From NCBI GenBank assembly GCA_034435015.1, contig DAOTYH010000069.1, forward strand, positions 21,312 through 85,311: DNA of 64,000 nucleotides. Reading direction: 5' to 3'. The notes beneath the pieces are model-generated. The model had not been told where the DNA came from and searched no databases. It worked only from the letters and a program-made list of their open reading frames with translations. Numbering within the stretch: the stretch's first letter is position 1; each line of letters starts with the position of its first letter. Positions 57,572 to 64,000 of this stretch are shown here, one piece after another. Source of the DNA: Anaerolineae bacterium. GTDB taxonomy: Bacteria > Chloroflexota > Anaerolineae > Aggregatilineales > UBA3940. Position numbers and translations under genes: made by a program.

Positions 57572-57655
57572 ACACCCGCAGGCAGTCTCTCATCATCTGT
57601 CTGGAAATACTTCTTCTGTTGCTCCGGTAGTTGACCTATCTTCTCCTCTGCTTCA

Positions 57656-57673
57656 ATGGGGCAAAAGCCCCAT
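57656..57673 (+). terminator. Weak hairpin after the hydrolase gene
   Basis: ATGGGGC-AAAA-GCCCCAT is followed by CTGTTTGTG. Confidence 0.35.
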
Positions 57674-57678
57674 CTGTT

Positions 57679-57694
57679 TGTGATGTAATTCACA
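57679..57694. promoter_or_regulatory. CRP/FNR-family-type operator (TGTGA-N6-TCACA) upstream of the hydrogenase operon
   Basis: The perfect palindrome TGTGATGTAATTCACA is flanked by T-rich and A-rich sequence. Its centre is about 107 nt upstream of the ATG at 57794. Confidence 0.45.
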
Positions 57695-57793
57695 AAAAAA
57701 GGTGATAACCATCAGGCGGGTTTTCTCCCCCCGCAGGGTACACTGAAAGCAGGAGCAAACTGTTGCTTTGATTGATATGGAGCCAGAACTATT

Positions 57794-58834
57794 ATGAGTT
57801 TCAAAATCATGCCAAAGGCCGCCTTCCCTGATTGGGTAGCCCGTCTGACGGAGAGCTACCGTGTGGCCGGGCCAAAGCCCATCCATGGACAGTATATCTT
57901 CGGTGAGGTCCATTCTGCTGATGAGTTCGATCTGGACTATCATACGACTGTCCTGCCGCCCAAGAAATACTTACTGCCGCCGGTAGAGGAACTGTTCCAC
58001 TTCCGAACGGACGGCAGTCTGATTGAGCCGGTGTTGAACCCTCAGCCGACTGTGGTGCTGGGCGTCCATACCTGCGATCTTCACGCTGTCCAGCTACTCG
58101 ACCGGGTCTTCGAACGCGGGTTTGCTGACCAGCATTATCGGGCACACCGTGAGAATACCGTGCTGGTCAGCATCGAGTGCCTCAAGCCCTGCATGGAACA
58201 CTCATTCTGCAAGAGCATGGGCACACTCAGCGTGCCGGAGAACTTCGACCTGCATCTGACCGATCTGGGCGATGATTACGGCGTGGATGTGGACTCTGAG
58301 AAAGGGGCCGCCCTGCTGGAAGGCTTCGACGGGGTACGCGAGGCCACTGAGGCTGACTACAAGCGTATCAATATGGTATTGAGCGAGAAGTGGTCGCGCT
58401 TCCCTTACCGGCTGGAATGTGACGTGACCGAACTGCCCAGCCTGCTGTCGGTCAGCTACAACAGCGACCTGTGGACGGAACTGGGCGAGCGGTGCGTGTC
58501 ATGCGGCATGTGTACCAACGTCTGCCCGACCTGCTACTGCTTCAATGTGAAGGATGAAGTTGAGCTGACGCTGAGCGCCGGTAAGCGCGTGCGCACATGG
58601 GACTCATGCCAGATTGACGAATTCGCGCTGGTGGCCGGCGGGCATAACTTCCGGCCCAGCCGCGCCGCCCGCCAGCGTCACCGCTTCTTCCGCAAAGGCA
58701 AATATCAAACGGATGCCTACGGGCTGGTCGGATGTGTGGGATGCGGACGTTGTGCGCAGGCCTGTATTGTCAATATCACGCCGGTCAACACATTCAATGA
58801 GTTATACCGCCGTCATATGGCCGGGCAGGATTAG
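57794..58834 (+). CDS. hyhB: Group 3b [NiFe]-hydrogenase beta subunit (AsrA/HydB-like 4Fe-4S protein)
   Basis: CVSCGMCTNVCPTCYCF and CVGCGRCAQAC are ferredoxin-like motifs. It is the first gene of a B-G-S-L gene order. Confidence 0.8.
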   Translation: MSFKIMPKAAFPDWVARLTESYRVAGPKPIHGQYIFGEVHSADEFDLDYHTTVLPPKKYLLPPVEELFHFRTDGSLIEPVLNPQPTVVLGVHTCDLHAVQLLDRVFERGFADQHYRAHRENTVLVSIECLKPCMEHSFCKSMGTLSVPENFDLHLTDLGDDYGVDVDSEKGAALLEGFDGVREATEADYKRINMVLSEKWSRFPYRLECDVTELPSLLSVSYNSDLWTELGERCVSCGMCTNVCPTCYCFNVKDEVELTLSAGKRVRTWDSCQIDEFALVAGGHNFRPSRAARQRHRFFRKGKYQTDAYGLVGCVGCGRCAQACIVNITPVNTFNELYRRHMAGQD

Positions 58835-58846
58835 GAGGCCAGAACA

Positions 58847-59701
58847 ATGACCACCCTATTGAGAGACGTACTGGAGACTACTTCTATCTATACACCCGTT
58901 CCGGCCCGTATCCTTTCTGTACGGCAGATGACGGAGCTTGAAAAGCTGTTCACGCTGGAACTGCCGGATGGCCTGTCGCTGGGGCATCGGCCTGGCCAGT
59001 TTGTTGAGGTGTCTGTGTTTGGTGTCGGGGAAGCGCCGATCAGCATCTCGTCGTCGCCCAGCCGAAGTAACGGCACGTTTGAGCTGTGTGTACGCCGTGC
59101 GGGCGACCTGACCAGCGTCCTGCACCGCATGGGGCCGGGCGATGTGGTTGGTATTCGCGGCCCGCTGGGGCGCGGCTTCCCCTTTGAGCGCTTCCGGGGC
59201 AAAGACATCCTGTTTGCGCCGGGCGGGCTGGGGCTGGCTCCTTTGCGTTCGCTGATCAATCAGGTGCTCGATGAGCGCGGCAGTTATGGCCGTGTCATGA
59301 TCCTGTATGGCGCACGGACGCCTGCCGATCTGCTGTTCACCGATGAGCTGGCCGAGTGGCAACAGCGCGGCGATGTGGAACTGCATGTCACCGTTGATCG
59401 CCCTGACGAGAATTGGAAGGGCAACGTGGGTGTCATCACCACGCTGTTCCCTAAAGTGCAGATTCACCCGCGCAACACGGTAGCTGTCACAGTCGGCCCG
59501 CCGGTCATGTACCGCTTTGTGCTGGTCGAACTGCTGGGCAAGGGCATCCCGGAGGGCAACATCTGGTTCAGCCTTGAGCGGCGAATGAAATGCGGTGTCG
59601 GCAAATGCGGCCATTGCCAGATCAATCACCTGTATAGCTGTCAGTCTGGCCCGTCCTTCTCGTACGCCGAGATCAAGCATCTGGAGGAGGCGTTCGCATG
59701 A
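58847..59701 (+). CDS. hyhG: Group 3b [NiFe]-hydrogenase gamma subunit (FAD/NAD(P)-binding, 2Fe-2S)
   Basis: It has the ferredoxin-NADP reductase-like fold (GQFVEVSVFGVGEAPISI, GGLGLAPL). The C-terminal motif is CGVGKCGHCQ. Confidence 0.8.
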   Translation: MTTLLRDVLETTSIYTPVPARILSVRQMTELEKLFTLELPDGLSLGHRPGQFVEVSVFGVGEAPISISSSPSRSNGTFELCVRRAGDLTSVLHRMGPGDVVGIRGPLGRGFPFERFRGKDILFAPGGLGLAPLRSLINQVLDERGSYGRVMILYGARTPADLLFTDELAEWQQRGDVELHVTVDRPDENWKGNVGVITTLFPKVQIHPRNTVAVTVGPPVMYRFVLVELLGKGIPEGNIWFSLERRMKCGVGKCGHCQINHLYSCQSGPSFSYAEIKHLEEAFA

Positions 59702-60474
59702 GCACAGCGGCTAAACCCAAGATCGCCTTTTTCGAGTTCACAAGCTGTGAGGGCTGTCAGCTAACGGTGGTTGACTCGCTTCAGACACATCCCGAACTGC
59801 TTGATGTGGTTGAGATCGTCCAGTTCCGTGAGGCAATGAGCGAACGCGGTGAGGATTATGCCATTGCCTTCATTGAGGGGTCGTGCAGTCGCCCCAGCGA
59901 TGAAGCAAGGATCAAGGCGATCCGCGAGCAGGCTCAGATTGTGGTGGCGCTGGGGGCATGTGCCCATCTAGGCGGCATCAATGCCATCCGCAACCGGCAG
60001 GACCTTCAAGATGTGCGCCGGTATGTCTACGGCGACAAGGCTGACTGGTACGAGACTTATCCAGCCCGCCCCCTGGAGGCGGTGATCAAGGTAGATGCCT
60101 TCATCCCCGGTTGCCCGATTGATCGCAATGAGTTTATCCGGGCGGTCCGTAATCTGTTGCAGGGGCGGATGCCCTATATCCCGGATTATCCGCTGTGCAT
60201 CGAATGCAAGCTCAAGGAAAATGTGTGTATGTATCTGCGCGGGCAGACCTGCCTTGGGCCGATCACCCGTGCGGGCTGTGATGCGATCTGCCCGACCTAT
60301 GGCGATGGGTGCGAGGGGTGCCGGGGGCTGATCTCCAACCCGAATATGGAATCGCTCAAGAACGTCCTGTTGGAGCATGGCCTTAGCTACGAGGAAACAG
60401 TTGCCAAGATGACCATGTTCCTGACCTATCAGATGATGCAGAAAGAGGCGTCCGGCGATGACAAGCACGGTTAA
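59698..60474 (+). CDS. hyhS: [NiFe]-hydrogenase small (delta) subunit
   Basis: FEFTSCEGCQL..., GACA and CPI are Fe-S ligands. The gene overlaps both neighbours. Confidence 0.85.
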   Translation: MSTAAKPKIAFFEFTSCEGCQLTVVDSLQTHPELLDVVEIVQFREAMSERGEDYAIAFIEGSCSRPSDEARIKAIREQAQIVVALGACAHLGGINAIRNRQDLQDVRRYVYGDKADWYETYPARPLEAVIKVDAFIPGCPIDRNEFIRAVRNLLQGRMPYIPDYPLCIECKLKENVCMYLRGQTCLGPITRAGCDAICPTYGDGCEGCRGLISNPNMESLKNVLLEHGLSYEETVAKMTMFLTYQMMQKEASGDDKHG

Positions 60475-61747
60475 GATAGACGTTCATCATATCACCCGCG
60501 TTGAGGGGCACGGCAACATCGTCGTGGATGTGCAGGGCGGCGAGCTGAAGGAATGTAACCTGCACATCGTCGAGACCCCGCGTTTCTTCGAGGCCATGTT
60601 GCGCGGACGCCCCTACAGCGAGTCTTCTCACATTACCTCGCGTATCTGCGGCATTTGCGCCGTAGGGCATGCGACCGCCTCTCTGCGGGCGACTGAGAAG
60701 GCGCTCGGCGTTGAGCCAAGCGAGCAGACCGTTCTACTGCGCAAGCTGAACTTCCACGGCGAGATACTCGACAGCCATATCCTGCATGCCTACATGCTGG
60801 TTGCGCCGGACTTTCTTGGCGTGGGGAGCGTGATCCCGCTGGCCAAGAGTGCCCCGGAAGTCGTGTTGCGGGCGCTTCGCATGAAGAAGCTGGCCGGTGA
60901 CCTGTGCGCGGCGATCTGCGGACGGCATACTCATCCTATTGCTATGACAGTGGGCGGTTTCACTCACTATCCTTCAGCCGAGCAACTGGCCGCTCTGCGC
61001 GAGCGGCTGGAGGCGGCGCGTACCGATGTGGATTTGACCGTTGAGCTGTTCCAGACGCTTTCCATCCCGGCCTTTGAGCGCGACACTGAGTACATTGCTC
61101 TGCATAAAGAGGATGAATACTGCTTCATTGACGGCGTGATCGCCAGCACGGACGGCGGAAGCTGGCCTGTTGAGTCCTACCGGGATGTCACGAACGAATA
61201 TCTCGTTCCGCATTCCTCGGCCAAGCACACCCGCCATCAGCGCGAGTCGTACATGGTGGGGGCGCTGGCCCGCTTCAACGTCAATCACGACAAACTGCAT
61301 CCGAAGGCGCAGGCCGCCGCGACGGCTCTCGGCCTGAAGCCAAAGTGCGTGAACCCCTACATGAACACCGTTGCGCAGGTCGTTGAGATCGTGCATTGTG
61401 TCGAGGATTCCATCCGCCTGATTGATCAGTTGCTGGAGCGCGGCATCACGTGGGAACAGCCTGCCCCGCCGGCGCGGCTCTCCGGTGAGGGAGTAGGGGC
61501 GTGTGATGTGCCGCGCGGGACGTTGTTCCACAATTACGTCATCGAGGATGGCGTAGTGGTCGGTGCGAACTGCATCATCCCGACCGGTCAGAACCTCGCC
61601 AACATCGAGGCCGACATGCGTGCGCTGGTGCCGACCATACTGGATCGTCAGCCGCAGGAGATCACGCTGGCGCTGGAGATGCTGGTGCGGGCTTATGATC
61701 CATGCATTTCCTGCTCGGCACACATGCTGGATGTCAAGTTTGTTTGA
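60458..61747 (+). CDS. hyhL: [NiFe]-hydrogenase large (alpha) subunit
   Basis: The N-terminal motif is RICGICAVGH (RxCGxCxxxH) and the C-terminal motif is DPCISCSAH (DPCxxCxxH). Both Ni ligand pairs are Cys, not Sec. Confidence 0.95.
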   Translation: MTSTVKIDVHHITRVEGHGNIVVDVQGGELKECNLHIVETPRFFEAMLRGRPYSESSHITSRICGICAVGHATASLRATEKALGVEPSEQTVLLRKLNFHGEILDSHILHAYMLVAPDFLGVGSVIPLAKSAPEVVLRALRMKKLAGDLCAAICGRHTHPIAMTVGGFTHYPSAEQLAALRERLEAARTDVDLTVELFQTLSIPAFERDTEYIALHKEDEYCFIDGVIASTDGGSWPVESYRDVTNEYLVPHSSAKHTRHQRESYMVGALARFNVNHDKLHPKAQAAATALGLKPKCVNPYMNTVAQVVEIVHCVEDSIRLIDQLLERGITWEQPAPPARLSGEGVGACDVPRGTLFHNYVIEDGVVVGANCIIPTGQNLANIEADMRALVPTILDRQPQEITLALEMLVRAYDPCISCSAHMLDVKFV

Positions 61748-61802
61748 GCGTCCTGTTTACGCCGGCCCCCGCCACCTCATGCGGCGAAGGGGGTATCACA
61801 CC

Positions 61803-62276
61803 ATGCCGGGCGGAACGCTGGTTCTGGCGCTGGGTAACCCTCTGCGCGGCGATGACGGGATTGGCCCGGCGGTGCTGAATGCGTTGTCCGAACAGAAGGG
61901 TATCCCGCCGGATGTGACTCTGCTCGACGGCGGAACTGCCGGGCTGGAAACAGCCCTCTTGCTTGAGGGCTACCGGCGGGTCATCATTATAGACGCGGCT
62001 GATATGGGCCGTGCGCCCGGCGAATGGGCACGGTTTACCCCTGACGAGGTGGTATTCCAGGCAGATGACCCGGCTCTGCGAGGCTCTCTGCACAGCGCCG
62101 GTCTGGGCGAGGCGCTTCAACTGGCTGAGGCGCTTGGCATCCTGCCGGATGAGGTGATTATCTTCGGTATCCAGCCGCTGGATACCAGTTACACGGCAGG
62201 GCTGAGTGAATCGTTACAGGCGGCCATTCCAGCCCTCTGTGCCGCTGTCCTTGAAGAGTTGCGCCGGTTGGAGTGA
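61803..62276 (+). CDS. Hydrogenase maturation endopeptidase (HycI/HoxW-like)
   Basis: LVLALGNPLRGDDGIGPAV...DGGTAGLE...IIIDAADMG. The ATG at 61803 is preferred over the longer track ORF, which overlaps hyhL. Confidence 0.85.
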   Translation: MPGGTLVLALGNPLRGDDGIGPAVLNALSEQKGIPPDVTLLDGGTAGLETALLLEGYRRVIIIDAADMGRAPGEWARFTPDEVVFQADDPALRGSLHSAGLGEALQLAEALGILPDEVIIFGIQPLDTSYTAGLSESLQAAIPALCAAVLEELRRLE

Positions 62277-62323
62277 CCTGCTTCAGCCCGCTGTTTTGTA
62301 CCTGCATGTAAACGAGGGAATAG

Positions 62324-62725
62324 ATGGCAAAGATTCTGATCATTGACGACGACCCTGATATGGTGCTGGCGGCCCGTCTTTGCCTTGAGCGGGCGGGGCA
62401 TACTCTGATCGAGGCCCGTAATGGCACGGAGGGGCTGGAAAAGGTCAAGACCGAGAACCCTGACCTGATCATTCTGGATGTCATGATGGACAGCACCACC
62501 GAAGGATTCCATGTGGCATTGGCGCTCCGCAGTCGTGATCCCAACTCAGAGTACGCGGCCTATGCGCACATTCCCATCATTATGCTGACCGCCATCCACA
62601 GCACCCTCTCGCTTCGCTTCGGCCCTGAGGAAGACTACCTGCCGGTGGATGAATTCATTGACAAACCGATTGACCCCGACGATCTGGTCAACAAGGTTGA
62701 GAAGCTGTTGAACAAGGGGAAGTAG
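62324..62725 (+). CDS. Single-domain response regulator
   Basis: KILIIDDDPD...DLIILDVMMDS...MLTA...IDKP. Confidence 0.9.
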   Translation: MAKILIIDDDPDMVLAARLCLERAGHTLIEARNGTEGLEKVKTENPDLIILDVMMDSTTEGFHVALALRSRDPNSEYAAYAHIPIIMLTAIHSTLSLRFGPEEDYLPVDEFIDKPIDPDDLVNKVEKLLNKGK

Positions 62726-62779
62726 GCCCGCCAAGAGGGTCCTCCTTTGCCCGCCCGTCTTAGCAGGCCGGGAGTCTGA

Positions 62780-64000
62780 ATGGAAACCCCTGATTCATCC
62801 GCAGACCTGATCGCGACCTATTTGCCGGAGGACGCTACAGAGGACATCCGGCGGATTGTCACCACACGCTGGCTGATGGGGGGCCTTGTGCTGGCGGCGA
62901 CAGCCTTCTGTGCCCATGTCCTGCGCCTCCCTCTGCCTGAAGCCGGCCTGTACCTGACAGGTCTGGTTATCCTGGCCTACAATGCCCTGCTGGTATGGTT
63001 GATCCGGCAAAGGCCTCTCCGCGCCGGAAGTCTCCGCTGGACGGTTGATCTCCAGATCGGGCTGGACTGGCTGGCGATGGTGTTCTTCCTGCACCTCACT
63101 GGCGGGATTACCAGCCCGGCTATTCCCTTCTTTGTGATCCACATGCTGTTGGTCACGATTCTACTGCCGGGCCGTTCGGCCTATCTATATCTGGGGCTGG
63201 CGGTGGCCCTGTTGAGTCTGTTGGCCCTGCTGGAGCGGTCAGGTCTCCTGCCCCATTACAATGTCATCCCCGCCCTGCCTTCTGAGCTGTACCGCGACTT
63301 GAATTACATTGGGGCGCAGGTGGGCTTTTTTACACTGGCCTCTTGTGCCATCGTGTATCTGGCTACCGCTATCATGGCGCGTCTGCGCGAGCGCGAGCGG
63401 CAGATCGGGGCGCTGTTCGAAGCTACTCAGGCCGTCTCATCTACACTCAGCCCGAATGAGGTGTTGGAGCGCCTTGCCCGCAACGCCGCGCATGCCCTTT
63501 CGATGCCCGGAGCGGCCATCCGCCTGTTGGCAGAAGACGGCAAAAGCCTGCGCCTGACGGCGGCTTACGGCCTCAGCCGGGCTTATCTGGATAAAGGCCC
63601 GGTTGAACTGCCCCGCAGTCGGCTTGACCGCGAGGCACTGTCCGGCCAGCCGGTCATTGTCAGTGATGCTCCCCGTGACGAGCGCATTCAGTATCCTCGT
63701 GAGGTAGAAGAGGAGGGCATCAGGAGCATCTTGGTTGTGCCGATTGCAGGGCGCAGAGGCCCGCTGGGGGTATTGCGTATTTACTCTGACAAGCCCAATA
63801 GTTTCACCCTCTCTGATGCCGGCTTTGCACTGGCGATAGCCCGTCAAGGGGCGGCGGCTATTGAAAATGCCCTGGCCTATGAGGCTCTGCAAAAATCCGA
63901 GCAGGCACGTGCCCAGTTTGTCCGTACCGTGACCCACGAACTGCGTGCCCCTGTCGGCGGAGCGCAGAGCCTGTTACGGGTGATGCTGAGAGGGCTGGCG
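62780..64000 (+). CDS. Membrane sensor histidine kinase (multi-TM, GAF, HisKA), 3'-truncated by the window edge; not in the supplied ORF track
   Basis: My hand translation from the ATG at 62780 is open for 407 codons to the window end. The N-terminal half is hydrophobic (LMGGLVLAATAFCAHVL..., LTGGITSPAIPFFVIHMLLVTILL). The GAF region contains AIRLL...ILVVPI...GVLRIY. The H-box is VTHELRAPV. Confidence 0.85.
   Translation, partial: METPDSSADLIATYLPEDATEDIRRIVTTRWLMGGLVLAATAFCAHVLRLPLPEAGLYLTGLVILAYNALLVWLIRQRPLRAGSLRWTVDLQIGLDWLAMVFFLHLTGGITSPAIPFFVIHMLLVTILLPGRSAYLYLGLAVALLSLLALLERSGLLPHYNVIPALPSELYRDLNYIGAQVGFFTLASCAIVYLATAIMARLRERERQIGALFEATQAVSSTLSPNEVLERLARNAAHALSMPGAAIRLLAEDGKSLRLTAAYGLSRAYLDKGPVELPRSRLDREALSGQPVIVSDAPRDERIQYPREVEEEGIRSILVVPIAGRRGPLGVLRIYSDKPNSFTLSDAGFALAIARQGAAAIENALAYEALQKSEQARAQFVRTVTHELRAPVGGAQSLLRVMLRGLA

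Noticed and set aside
60458-61747. Selenocysteine-containing [NiFeSe] hydrogenase, considered because selC is in the window
   Set aside because: The large subunit's C-terminal motif is DPCISCSAH with Cys codons. There is no in-frame TGA and the ORF is intact.

Overview
This is a high-GC, gene-dense bacterial chromosomal segment. I call about 55 protein-coding genes, one tRNA, several hairpin terminators and a few candidate regulatory sites. I found no CRISPR array, rRNA, transposase, integrase or phage genes. The gene content points tentatively to a Chloroflexota-like lineage: many PAS/GAF histidine kinases, FGE-sulfatase-domain proteins, a CARDB/ABC operon, a group 3b [NiFe]-hydrogenase, and frequent GTG/TTG starts with 4-nt ATGA gene overlaps. 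That taxonomic call is inference only.

Housekeeping genes I recognise:
- K+-independent H+-pyrophosphatase (hppA)
- glutamine synthetase type I (glnA)
- M3B oligoendopeptidase
- CrtI-like desaturase
- L,D-transpeptidase
- several ABC systems

Most noteworthy observations:
1. A co-directional 12.7-kb signalling cluster (9978-22658). It encodes an orphan NMT1/THI5-type binding protein, a 2387-aa sensor kinase built from duplicated PAS-GAF modules, a threonine-synthase-like PLP enzyme fused to two receiver domains, three single-domain receivers and a GNAT.
2. An Arf/Sar-like small GTPase with an N-terminal amphipathic-looking helix (47906-49299). It is translationally coupled to a 217-aa protein of unknown function.
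3. A tRNA-Sec gene (42048-42141), not in the ORF track, sitting immediately upstream of a visibly more AT-rich ArsR/thioredoxin-like/permease/ACR3 operon.
4. Two FGE-sulfatase domains in signalling contexts, one fused to a PP2C phosphatase across a membrane and one directly behind a PAS kinase.
5. A perfect TGTGA-N6-TCACA site upstream of the hydrogenase operon.
6. A Yip1/ABC/CARDB/FtsX operon.

All functional calls come from reading motifs in the translations by eye. No database search was run.
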